NCBI RefSeq assembly: GCF_902713615.1
Contig: NC_052172.1
Span: forward strand, 11,636,185 to 11,700,184
DNA: 64,000 bases
Reading direction: 5' to 3'
Source of the DNA: Scyliorhinus canicula
Taxonomy: Eukaryota
The position numbers and the translations under genes were made by a program. The notes beneath the pieces are model-generated. The model made no database searches, was not told the DNA's origin, and worked only from the letters and a program-made list of their open reading frames with translations. Below are positions 24,152-35,728 of the stretch, piece after piece. The stretch's first letter is position 1; each line of letters begins with the position of its first letter.

Positions 24152-24610
24152 CAGTAAAGTCGCTGTGGTCCAAGGTGACCATTGGCTGCTTTCCCCTTTG
24201 ATGTGGAGAGCTGACTGGTGGTGATTTGAAATAAATTTAGAGTACCCAATTATTTTTTTCCAATTAAGGGACAATTTAGCGTGGCCAATCCCCCTACCCT
24301 GCACATATTTGGGCTGTGGGCGTGATATCCATGCAGACACGGGGAGAATGTGCAAACTCCACACGGACAGTGGCCCAGAGCTGGGATCGAACCTGGGACC
24401 TCAGCGCCGTGAGGCAGCAGTGCTAACCACTGCGCCACCGTGCCACCTTGACTGGTGGTGATTTAACCTGAGGATCACCACACCGCAGGTGAGGGGCAAG
24501 GTTGAGAAGGCGGGGCCTTCATGGAGAACCTCAGCCTGTACATCAGTTGAACCTGTTGGTCTCTGTGCATCACAAACCAGCTGAAGAGGCAACTGAGCTA
24601 AACCGGCCCC
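24152..24610 (-). mobile_element. tRNA-derived SINE (second family) with a nested short A-tailed V-SINE (~24228-24447)
   Basis: The nested SINE is flanked by duplicated tgactggtggtgattt. The host family recurs at 45245-45465. Confidence 0.7.
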
Positions 24611-26142
24611 TTCAAGGAACTGCATTTTTAAAAAATACATTTAGAGTACCCAATTAGCAGTCCCATTGCTAATCACTGCGCCGCATGCCGCACCGATGAG
24701 GTACGTTTTACCTGAGCCATTGCCGGATTGGGCGCCAATGTATAGATCAGCAATAGATATACGGCACAGGACAAGTTAGGAGGTGGACAGCAGGGTTTTG
24801 GATGAAGCTGCAAAGTGGGTGCAAGTCCCCTTCTATTTGGTAAATTCCAAGTGGGTGGCAGCAGAACTCTAATCTGGGTAAACTGTTGACTTCAAAAGGA
24901 AAGTGGCGGAGAGAGAGAGAGAAAATGGGCATGTTTGCTTCAGTTTGAATGGAGAGAGAGATGTTTCAGGAATTATTAACCATTTTTCCAGAAAAATTCC
25001 AAGAATGAGGTACAACTGAGCGACGTACTTTGAACCAAAATCCGTTTGTACTGGTGTAAAATGGACAGTCCCGTCATCTTCTGAGACACAGGGCGGGGTT
25101 TTCCCTCCCCTCCCGGCGGGGTGCTCTCCGGTGGCAGAGGAGGCTCTCCAGTGGCCGCCGGCAGGATCTCCCGGTCCCGTCGATGACAGTGGCTAGCCCG
25201 TCCCGCCGCTGGGGCCACCTCTTTGGCGGGCCTGGAAGATCCCACCACCAGCGGGAAGGGCAGCGAGATCCAACCCAAAGGGTTTATTTGTTAACAAGGC
25301 ATTAACAATATATATTCAAAGTTAGATGGTCAGTTTGTGGGGAGTCATCCTGTGATTGGGAGTTAGTCGATTTGTTGCGGGATTCTTTGAACTTGTCCCA
25401 GTGTCATTTGAAGAAAAGGAAGAGATGTTTCCTTGAGATTCCAGACCAAAGTGGGGACAGGCATGTAGCTGCTTTAACAGAAAACGAGAGAAGGCAGAAG
25501 GAGTGAATGGAGGATCCCGAGTCGAAGGCATCAGACATATTCCTTGTTGTGATAAAGCACTGGTAACATCCACCAGCAATATGAACGCCCTCAGCTTCTG
25601 CCCCAGCAGTGTCTACGAGAGTCCTGGAATGTACCCCAGTGAGATTGTAACTGAGGCCAGTACCCACTAGCTTCACCATCTTACCTCCTGCCAATCAGCC
25701 CAGGTACAGTGTACCGAAAGATGGGATTGGCAACCATACCCATGGGTGACTGCAGTGTAAGTGGCCTGGCTAGCTGCATGCCCCCCAGTCACGCCACATC
25801 TTGCCAATCCTCAATGGGACTGCTCTGTATATGGGTTTGGGGATGGTTTGACACTCTGATGTCCCACCTTACAGGAGTATGTCTGATTCCTTCGATGCCA
25901 GAGCCTGATTAGCTCTGAACTTCGGTGTCCTGACCCAGAAATCCTCAGGCCCAGACCCAGACGAGGGATCATTTGAGCATGCCATTATCTTCAATTCCTC
26001 AGCATCAATATTGTACAGATTGACTAAAATGGTTTAATATCATTGGTACTTTTCATTCTGCATTTTGCTTCTTAACCCCCTGTCTGATTCTGATAACTAT
26101 GTAAAGGAACGTGACTGAACCCTTTACCCTTGACTTCTGCAG

Positions 26143-26247
26143 ATTGATCGATTTATTCCGGTGAGCAAATTGAAATATTATTTTGCTGTGGACACCATTT
26201 ATGTTGGGAAGAAACTGGGACTGCTCATCTTTCCCTACATGCACCAG
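26143..26247 (+). CDS. YIF1B: YIF1B coding exon 3
   Basis: [35 protein letters not shown]; AG/GT boundaries. Confidence 0.95.
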
Positions 26248-27195
26248 GTAAGGGAGGTGACCTTTCACTGGTGATTCAGCTGAAAGGGGCATTAATCACG
26301 AAAGCAGAGCTGTCACGTGTAACACGGCGGTTAGAATGCTGAAGCCTTGAAGCTCACTGAACCTTCCCATGGGTGAAGGGATTTGTAAATCTTTGTTGAA
26401 TTGTTGGGGGAGAAGCCGCCGTGCAGTTGCGCATGTCAGTCAGTGGTCCCTGGGAGACACTGAGAATGGGTTCACCATTCACTTGATCAGTTCTCAAGGA
26501 CAGATCTGCACAATTGCTCTGTCAAATACTGTTTCCAGTGGCAAGAAACTATTTGCCGCGATTTCCACTGAGCAACAGGAAAATTGAGTCACATTTTGGA
26601 GGGACGTGGACACTTCTCGTGCAGCGCCATGTCTCTACTTGGTAGCATGAGCATTGGGGACAATAATGTGATGATGCTGGAGCACCAACAGGGACACCTA
26701 AGAAGGGAGAATTGAGCTTGACGGCCATGCACAGAATCTCTACAGTGCAGAAGGAGGCCATTCGGCCCGTCGAGTCTGCACCTACTGTCTGAAAGAGCAC
26801 CCCACCTAGGACCACTCCCCCGTCCAATCCCCGTAATCCCATAACCGCAACTAAAATGCACATCCTCGGGACACCAGGGGGCAGTTTAGCGTGGCCAATC
26901 CACCTAACCTGCTCATCTTTGGACTGAGAGGAAACCGGAGGAAAGACAGGGAGAGAAAGTGCAATCTCCACACAGACAGACACCCGAGATGGGAATCAAA
27001 ATCAGGTCCCTGGCGCTATGAGGCACAACCAGGGATGCAGGTGTTCCTCGGGGTCTCCAGGGTGATCCTCCTCATTCGTATGTTTGTAAACTTTCTCCTG
27101 AAGTGACCGAGAGGAGGTTTTCTTTCTCATTCAATTTGCGTTGGTTATGCACTGATTGTCAGCGATCTAATTGTTGGTTTAATTCTGTGTGACAG

Positions 27196-27274
27196 AATTG
27201 GGAAGTGCGATACCAGCAAGACAGCCCCGTGGCCCCTCGGGTCGAAGTGAATGCTCCTGATTTATATATTCCAG
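27196..27274 (+). CDS. YIF1B: YIF1B coding exon 4
   Basis: [26 protein letters not shown]; AG/GT boundaries. Confidence 0.95.
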
Positions 27275-27353
27275 GTAGGTTACTATCTATAGTCTGAATC
27301 AGTCTTGTGAGGTAGGATTGGGTGGGGAAAGGGGCTGACACTCTAATCAACCC

Positions 27354-27490
27354 AGTTCTGATGAAAGGTCACAGATCTGAAACGCTAGCTCTGTTTCTGT
27401 CTGTGCAGGTGGTGCCAGACTTGCTGAGTATTTTCAGCATTCTCTGTTTTTATTTCAGAACTCCAGCATCTGCAGTATTTTTCTTTTCTG
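27354..27490 (+). mobile_element. Penelope-associated terminal repeat with a minimal hammerhead-like motif
   Basis: CTGATGA-A-AGGTC-ACA-GATCT-GAAA-CGCT, followed by gacttgctgagtattttcagcatt. Confidence 0.6.
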
Positions 27491-27897
27491 TTTATTATGA
27501 TCAGCATGTTTGTGAGGTTCAACCCACACAACAGTGATGGATACCCCTGTCACTGGAGGGAGATTTTACCCCATAGTCTTCAGAGAGGGCGAATTGGGAG
27601 TCATTTCCAGGTTACGGAAAGGGTTCCGCACTCGCTGAGCAGTTGATAAACTTTGCCCCCCGCCCAAAAAAAAAACATGAGACTGGCTTTGTCCTGGCAA
27701 GATTTCCTGAGGGGAGCTGCGTTTCTGGTCAATTTGCAAAGTCTTGGAATTACAGCTACTCGTGCGCCTGCCGCTCTCTGATACCTTCACAACTGCGCGG
27801 ATCAGCGTATTAGCTATCCGTGTACAACATTACCCCTGAGCCCAATCCCACCCACCGTCCACTCGTACAGTGGATAGCGATCAGGAATGGGAACTCT

Positions 27898-28107
27898 GGG
27901 CGACACGGTGGCACAGTGGTTAGCATTGCTGCCTTACGGCATCGAGGTCCCAGATTCACTGTCTGTGTGGAGTTTGCACATTCTCCCCGTGTTTGCATGG
28001 GTTTTGCCCCCAAAACCCAAAGATGTGCAGGGTGGGTGGATTGGCCACACTAAATTGCTTCTTAATTGGAAAAATGAATTGGGCACTCTAAATTTATAAC
28101 AAAAAAG
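27898..28107 (+). mobile_element. Short A-tailed V-SINE with TSD
   Basis: Flanked by duplicated ggaatgggaactctgg. Confidence 0.85.
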
Positions 28108-28491
28108 GGAATGGGAACTCTGGCCATTTCATTCACTCGCATTGAATTTCAATGCTCCCATCCTGGCTGAAATCCGTTAACAGGCCACGGACCAGGATTG
28201 GAAAGTTGGTCTGTACAGCTAAGTCACACACGTGGCTGTGCGTTTGCGCATTGAGCCCTCGGAATATGGGCGGGGCATTGACTTGCTGTTACGCTTAAGC
28301 AAGGCTTGTATTTGATTGTGTGACCACGCATTTCAATTGGTAGGTGATTGCAATTTTGTGAAAGAAGGTCACAAAAATATTCTCGATGGACTTGCAGCAA
28401 TAGTATTGCAGGCTGGCTTAATGGGCTGCAGCACTGTCACTCTCTGTCAAATTCCTGTCTTGTGTCCACTTCTCTCTCTCTCTCTCTCCAG

Positions 28492-28549
28492 CAATGGCGT
28501 TTATCACATATTTACTGGTAGCTGGATTTGCTCTTGGAACTCAAAGCAG
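28492..28549 (+). CDS. YIF1B: YIF1B coding exon 5
   Basis: AMAFITYLLVAGFALGTQSR; AG/GT boundaries. Confidence 0.95.
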
Positions 28550-28821
28550 GTGAGGATCCTCTTGTCACATCATTCCCACTTTCTGTTCTAACCGGTGTTT
28601 AATTCGAATGGCCTTTGGCATTCAACATCATTCATGTTTTTACATGGATGGGGTGTGGGCATTGAAAAAGAACTTGCGTGACCGTAGGACATCTCAAAGT
28701 GCTTTACAGTCAATGAAGTACTTTTGAAATATTGTCATGTGGGAAATGCAGAAGCCAGTTTGCATGGAGTAATCTACCACAATAGCAGCCATCAGGATAT
28801 GTTCAGAGTCTCACCCAAAAG

Positions 28822-30548
28822 ACGGCACCTCCCCTGGCACTGCAACACCCCCTCCTGGAGACTGCGGCACCTCCTCCTGGGGACTGCAACACCCCCTCCT
28901 GGAGACTGTGGCACCTCCTCCTGGAGACTGCGGCACCTCCTCCTGGAGACTGCGGCACCCCCTCCTGGAGACTGCGGCACCCCCTCCTCCTGAAGACTGC
29001 GGCACCTCCTCCTGGGGACTGCGGCACCCCCTCCTGGGGACTGCGGCACCCCCTCCTGGAGACTGCGGCACCCCCTCCTGGAGACTGCGGCACCCCCTCC
29101 TGGAGACTGCGGCACCCCCTCCTGGAGACTGCGGCACCCCCTCCTGGAGACTGCGGCACCCCCTCCTGGAGACTGCGGCACCCCCTCCTGGAGACTGCGG
29201 CACCCCCTCCTGGAGACTGCGGCACCCCCTCCTGGAGACTGCGGCACCCCCTCCTGGAGACTGCGGCACCCCCTCCTGGAGACTGCGGCACCCCCTCCTG
29301 GAGACTGCGGCACCCCCTCCTGGAGACTGCGGCACCCCCTCCTGGAGACTGCGGCACCCCCTCCTGGAGACTGCGGCACCCCCTCCTGGAGACTGCGGCA
29401 CCCCCCTCCTGGAGACTGCGGCACCCCCTCCTGGAGACTGCGGCACCCCCTCCTGGAGACTGCGGCACCCCCTCCTGGAGACTGCGGCACCCCCTCCTGG
29501 GACTGCGGCACCCCCTCCTGGAGACTGCGGCACCCCCTCCTGGAGACTGCGGCACCCCCTCCTGGAGACTGCGGCACCCCCTCCTGGAGACTGCGGCACC
29601 CCCTCCTGGAGACTGCGGCACCCCCTCCTGGAGACTGCGGCACCCCCTCCTGGAGACTGGCGGCACCCCCTCCTGGAGACTGCGGCACCCCCTCCTGGAG
29701 ACTGCGGCACCCCCTCCTGGAGACTGCGGCACCCCCTCCTGGAGACTGCGGCACCCCCTCCTGGAGACTGCGGCACCCCCTCCTGGAGACTGCGGCACCC
29801 CCTCCTGGAGACTGCGGCACCCCCTCCTCCTGGAGACTGCGGCACCCCCTCCTCCTGGAGACTGCGGCACCCCCTCCTCCTGGAGACTGCGGCACCTCCT
29901 CCTCCTGGAGACTGCGGCACCTCCTCCTCCTGGAGACTGCGGCACCTCCTCCTCCTGGAGACTGCGGCACCTCCTCCTCCTGGAGACTGCGGCACCTCCT
30001 CCTGGAGACTGCGGCACCTCCTCCTGGGGACTGCGGCACCTCCTCCTGGGGACTGCGGCACCTCCTCCTGGGGACTGCGGCACCTCCTCCTGGGGACTTG
30101 CGGCACCTCCTCCTGGGGACTGCGGCACCTCCTCCTGGGGACTGCGGCACCTCCTCCTGGGGACTGCGGCACCTCCTCCTGGGGACTGCGGCACCTCCTC
30201 CTGGCGACTGCGGCACCTCCTCCTGGGGACTGCGGCACCTCCTCCTGGGGACTGCGGCACCTCCTCCTGGGGACTGCGGCACCTCCTCCTGGGGTCTGCG
30301 GCACCTCCTCCTGGAGACTGCGGCACCCCCTCCTCCTGAAGACTGCGGCACCTCCTGGAGACTGCGGCACCTCCTCCTGGAGACTGCGGCACCCCCTCCT
30401 CCTGAAGACTGCGGCACCTCCTCCTGGAGACTGCGGCACCTCCTCCTGGAGACTGCGGCACCTCCTCCTGGAGACTGCGGCACCTCCTCCTGGAGACTGC
30501 GGCACCTCCTCCTGGAGACTGCGGCACCTCCTCCTGGACACAGCAGCA
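28822..30548. repeat. 22-bp minisatellite GGAGACTGCGGCACC(C/T)CCTCCT, ~75-80 copies
   Basis: Directly visible. It lacks stop codons, which explains the long overlapping ORFs. Confidence 0.97.
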
Positions 30549-31581
30549 CCCCCCCCCCCCCCCCCCCCAGGCACTCCCTTGTAGAGTTGCCAAGATCTTA
30601 GTGCTCCTGTCTCTGGATCAGGATTTGAACCCACAATCTCCTGGGGGGGGGGGGGGTGAGAATGTTCGCCACTGAGTCAGACAGAGCTGGGGAACACTTT
30701 CTTACTTTAAACACTTCCTCCATTTGTCAGTCTTTATTGTGGTTATTCAATTTTGTTCATTCTCCCATCCCAAAACAATGTGCCATTCCGATGCCGGTGA
30801 CAAACCTGTTGCGGTTTATGCTGTTCTCCAGCTGATTGTGCTGGGAAGTGTACGAGAGAGGATTCTGTTGGGAAGTCATTCCATCGCGGAGTAACTGGAA
30901 TTGACCAAGGATTCAAGGTTAGCGCTGTTGCTTCACAGCGCCAGGGACCCGGGTTCGATTCCCAGTTTGGGTCACTGTCTGTGCGGAATCTGCACGTTCT
31001 CCCCGTGTCTGCGTGGGTTTCCTCCGGGTGCCCCGGTTTCCTCCCACAGTCCAAACGTGTGTGGGTTAGGTGGACTGGTCACGCTAAAGTGTCCAAAGGT
31101 TAGGTGGGGTTGCTGAGTTACGGGGATAGGATGGGGGTGTGGGCTTAGGTGGGGTGCTCTTTCAGGGATCGGTGTAGACTCGATGGGCTGAATGGCACTG
31201 TAAATTCGATGGAATCTTCTCAAAGGAAATTAGGGATGGGCAACAAATGCTGGAAAAGCCAATGGTGCCCACATCCCGTGAGCAAATACGTTTTATAAAG
31301 TATTTGGAAAACCCTTGCAGAAATTCAACCCCAATGTAACTAAAATGGGACATCTGTTTGTCATTTCCTGGTGCATCTTTGGATTTGATGGAGGTTTCTC
31401 AGAACTAGGACAACTCTCGTATCCATGGACTGCAAATTTTAGAATATTGCATTACCGAGTGTCTCTCCCTCTGTTTCGTTCCTGAACAACATGATCAGCA
31501 AGTGACCCAGGACAAACTCTGAATCGACATCCAGCTCCTGCCACCTCCCGACAGATTTCACCAGTCAATAAAGATTATTAT

Positions 31582-31860
31582 TGTTGCTTCACAGCGCCAG
31601 GGTCCCAGGTTCGATCCCCGGCTTCTCGGGTCACTGTCTGTGCGGAGTCTGCACGTTCTCCCCGTGTCTGCGTGGGTTTCCTCCGGGAACTCCGGTTTCC
31701 TCCCACAAGTCCCGAAAGACGTGCTGTTAGGTGAATTGGACATTCTGAATTCTCCCTCGGTGTACCCGAACAGGCGCCGGAGTGTGGGGACTAGGGAATT
31801 TTCACAGTAACTTTATTGCAATGTTAATGTAAGCCTACTTGCGACAATAATATTATTATT
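31582..31860 (+). mobile_element. V-SINE variant with an alternative 3' tail
   Basis: V-domain followed by ttttcacagtaactttattgc...gacaataa(tat)n instead of the CR1 tail. Confidence 0.75.
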
Positions 31861-31980
31861 AAATCTGCATTGTGACTGCACGATAAAAGTGTATCGACCT
31901 CCAGTTCTTTATCGTGCCATGTTTCCAGCCAGAAGCTTATGCACACCCAGCATTTACTTACTAACTTCTCTTACCCACAG

Positions 31981-32136
31981 GTTCTCTCCAGAGGTGTTGG
32001 GGATGCAGGCCAGCTCAGCATTAATCTGGCTGGTCATTGAGGTGCTGGCTATCCTGCTCAGCCTCTACCTGGTCACAGTGAACACAGACTTGACCACCAT
32101 CGACCTCATCGCTTTTGCTGGATACAAGTATGTCGG
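31981..32136 (+). CDS. YIF1B: YIF1B coding exon 6
   Basis: [52 protein letters not shown]; [12 protein letters not shown] distinguishes YIF1B from YIF1A. Confidence 0.96.
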
Positions 32137-32219
32137 GTAGGTGTGGGAGAGATGGACTTGGGCGGGTCTGTGGGCACCAGTGTCAGTGCAGTTAAACGAG
32201 TCTGTAGTCATTTATGAAA

Positions 32220-32669
32220 TAAAGAACAAAGAAAAGTACAGCACAGGAACAGGCCCTTCGGCCCTCCAAGCCTGTGCTGACCATGCTGCCCGTCTAAACT
32301 AAAATCTTCTACACTTCCGGGGTCCGTATCCCTCTATTCCCATCCTATTCATGTATTTGTCAAGATGCCTCTTAAACGTCACTATTGTCCCTGCTTCCAC
32401 CACCTCCTCCGGCAGCGAGTTCCAGGCACCCACAGCTTCTGTTGTAAAAAAAAAACGTGCCTCGTACCTCTCCTCTAAACCTTGCCCCTCGCACCTTTAA
32501 ACCTAGTGCCCCCTAGTAATTGACCCCTCTACCCTCGGAAAAATTCTCTGACAATCCACTCTGTCTATGCCCCTCATCATTTTATGGACCTCTATCAGGT
32601 CGCCCCTCAACCTTCGTCATTCCAGTGAGAACAAACCGAGTTTATTCAACTTCTCCTCATAGCTAATGC
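32220..32669 (-). mobile_element. CR1/HER1-type LINE 3' end
   Basis: Near-identical to 17611-18057. Confidence 0.85.
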
Positions 32670-32693
32670 AAATGTCTGACTTCTTACCCACAG

Positions 32694-32787
32694 GATGATC
32701 ACTGGAGTCGTGGCCGGGCTGATTTTTGGAAGAACGGGATATTACGTTGCACTGGGCTGGTGCTGCATCTCTATTGTGGTGTTCATG
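32694..32787 (+). CDS. YIF1B: YIF1B coding exon 7
   Basis: [31 protein letters not shown]; AG/GT boundaries. Confidence 0.95.
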
Positions 32788-33101
32788 GTGGGTTTAATTA
32801 TTTAGCTTACTTCCCTGGTCACTTCACAACTTGTAAATGGTAACCCACCAATATCATTTCACCTTCCTTGAGGTACTGATGCTCTCAGGGATTGTGGTTA
32901 GCATCGCTGCCTCACGGCGCTGAGGACCTGGGTTCAATTCGTATCCCGGGTCACAGTCCGTGTGGAGTTTGCACATTCCCCCCGTGACTGGGTGGGTTTC
33001 ACCCCCACAACCCAAAGATGTGCAGGTTAGGTGGAATAGCCACACTAAATCGCCCCTTAATTGGAAAAAAATAATTGGGTGCTCTAAATTAAAAAAAAAA
33101 A

Positions 33102-33430
33102 AGAATTGAACACTTACGGTTCTATACAGCTGCAGCATGACTTGCCAGTTTTTATTCTCCAATGCCCCGGCCGATGACCGTATGCCTTCTTGACTAACTT
33201 CTCCACCTACGTTGCCACTTTCAGTGACCTATGGACCTGTACACCCAGATCCCTCTGCCTGTCAATACTCGTAAGGGTTCTGCCATTTACTGTACATTTC
33301 TCACCTGTATTAGACCTTCCAAAATGCATTATCTCACATTTGTCCGGATTAAACCCCATCTCTCCGCCTAAGTCTCCAACCGATCTATATCCTGCTGCAT
33401 CCTCTGATGATCCTCATCGCTGTCCACAAT
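33102..33430 (-). mobile_element. CR1/HER1-type internal fragment
   Basis: Matches 18138-18685 of the same family. Confidence 0.8.
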
Positions 33431-33444
33431 GTTTATTTTTTCAG

Positions 33445-33600
33445 ATTCGAACGTTGAGACTGAAGATTCTGTCTGAAGCTGCGGCCGAGGGCGTTCTGGT
33501 GCGAGGGACGATGAACCAGCTACGCATGTACCTGACCATGGCCATCGCCGCAGTGCAACCAGTCTTCATGTACTGGCTCACGTTTCACTTGGTCAGATAG
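33445..33600 (+). CDS. YIF1B: YIF1B coding exon 8 (last)
   Basis: [51 protein letters not shown]. The joined CDS is 900 nt (299 aa). Confidence 0.96.
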   Translation: MRTLRLKILSEAAAEGVLVRGTMNQLRMYLTMAIAAVQPVFMYWLTFHLVR

Positions 33601-34122
33601 GAAAGTTGGATTACCTCTATGTTCCCTGGGGTGGGGATTAGAGGTGTGTCCATCTGCCCCCCCCCAAATGTAGGGCTGAGGGGAGAGCACAATTGGGGGA
33701 ATCTAAATCCCAGCGGTTTGGGGGGTGGGTTGGGGTTAAACGCAGGACAGTATTGTTGCCCCGAGGGGTTAGCCGTCTCCCGTGGCGATGTGGAAGGAGC
33801 CATCTCGCAGAGAGGAGGGGTCCAACTCCCCGAGTAGTGGGGGGTGCAAAAGCGTGATATGGGTGTGGGGGACATGCAGGACAGGTCCATCTCCCCAAGG
33901 GGCGCTTGGTCATGTCCTCTCCCTTCGTGGATATTGGGCTTTTTTCTGTTGAGCTGTCTGTATAATCTGAAACGCAACAAGTTCATTGGTGATGTGTCCG
34001 TCCCAGATAACTAATCTGATCGGAAGGAAAAAGCCGGTGGACATTCCTGCTGTGTGCTGACTTTCCAGTTCGCATGGTGGGAATTTTTAAAAATATCTAT
34101 TTATAAACATTGAAGTTGGGCA

Positions 34123-34128
34123 AATAAA
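34123..34128 (+). terminator. YIF1B: Polyadenylation signal of YIF1B
   Basis: AATAAA followed by a GT-rich downstream element. Confidence 0.7.
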
Positions 34129-35728
34129 ATATGGAAAGTATAATATCTTGTGCAGTTTTGTTGGGATTGTTTCAGGGGAAAGTCTTCTACTGCAGGAGCC
34201 ATTGACCAGGAGTCAACAGTGCCCCAAGGGTCAATAACGTGGTTTCAAGGGGCCCACCAGTATCTCCAGTCTTCACTGTGCACCAATTCAAAGTTGCTTT
34301 AATGCAAATCCCAGAGGCTAACCGCACTGTACCTTCCAGGCCCAGTCGTCGCCAGCACCGTAACTCTAGGCCTGTGCTCATCCGTCCACCATGTTATCGA
34401 AGAGATGGTGACCCGTTTTTGGTAGTTGCACTTGACTTGTTAACGGATAAGAGAAGCAAGAGCTAGTACGGTCATCACTTACCATTGGCCTTATCAGCAC
34501 TCTATACAGCTCCAGCGACACTTTTCAACCTTCGTAACAGTCTAATCAAGTGGGCAACACTCCCGTCAACCTCTGGCCTCCAAACTTGAGTATGGCCAAG
34601 TGAATAAAAATGGTCTTGACAGAATTCTTGCTCGGAGTCAGCAACTAGTTTCAGATTAAAGTCCAACAGAAATAATATATATGTATGTTTAATTGTACAA
34701 TTAAGCTTTATACAGAAAGAGTACTTATGTTTCATGACATTTGAGTCAGTTTATTAATAGACAAAATCTACTGCAATGCCCAAAATTTCTCATAAGAATT
34801 AGAAGTGGGAGTGGACCATACAGCCCCTTTGAGTCTGCTCTGCCATTCAGTACAATCATAGCTGATCTTGAGCCTCAACTCCCATTTCAAATCATGCAAT
34901 CTCAGTAGGGGGGACCATTTAGCCCATTGAATCTGCACTCCAGCCAAGTGCACTCCCTCGCCATATCCCATTAACCTAACCTACACACCGTTGGACACTA
35001 CAGGACAATTTAACATGGTCAAAACTACCTAACCACATCTTTGGACACTTGAAGGGCAATTTAGCGTGGCCAATCCACCTAACCTGCACATCCTTGGACA
35101 GGGGGAGGAAACTGGAGCACCCGGAGGAAACCCACGCAGAAACGGAAAGTACAAACTTCACAATCACCCATGGCTGGAATGGAACCCCAGTCCCTACTGC
35201 TGTGAGGCAGCAGTGCTACCCACTGTGCCATCACATCTCCCCAAATCCATTGATTTCCTCCTTGATATCCATTGCTATTCTCAAATGTGCACAGCCCTCT
35301 AGAGAATTCCAGAGTTCACAACCCTTATGAGATTTCGCCTCAAGCTCAGTCCTAAATAGCTACCCCCTGATACTGTGCCCCCCCCCCCCCCATCTTCTAA
35401 TTCCCCAGCCAGGGGAAATAATCTCTTTCTCTCTCTACCCAATCAAGCCCCTTCAGAATCTTTTTCATTTCAATTAGGTCGCCTCTCAAATCTATCCACC
35501 CTTATCTGGCAGTGCATTCCAAATTTTTTTTAAAATAATTGTTATTGAAAATGTTTTAATTTACACAACATCAAACCATACTAAAATACAAACGATAACA
35601 GTAATAACAACAACCATAAACCTTCGTCCTTCCTCCATGAACAACCCAACATATTAACAACTTAAGTTAACCCATTGTTAAGTTACACAACCGCAGCAAA
35701 AAATATATAGAAACTATAGTTAGGAACA

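Noticed and set aside
28792-30634. Overlapping 550-600 aa ORFs on both strands
   Set aside because: They are translations of a stop-free 22-bp minisatellite in a YIF1B intron, with no splice or protein-family support.
19348-33600. YIF1A as an alternative identity
   Set aside because: [21 protein letters not shown] and [10 protein letters not shown] match YIF1B, not YIF1A.
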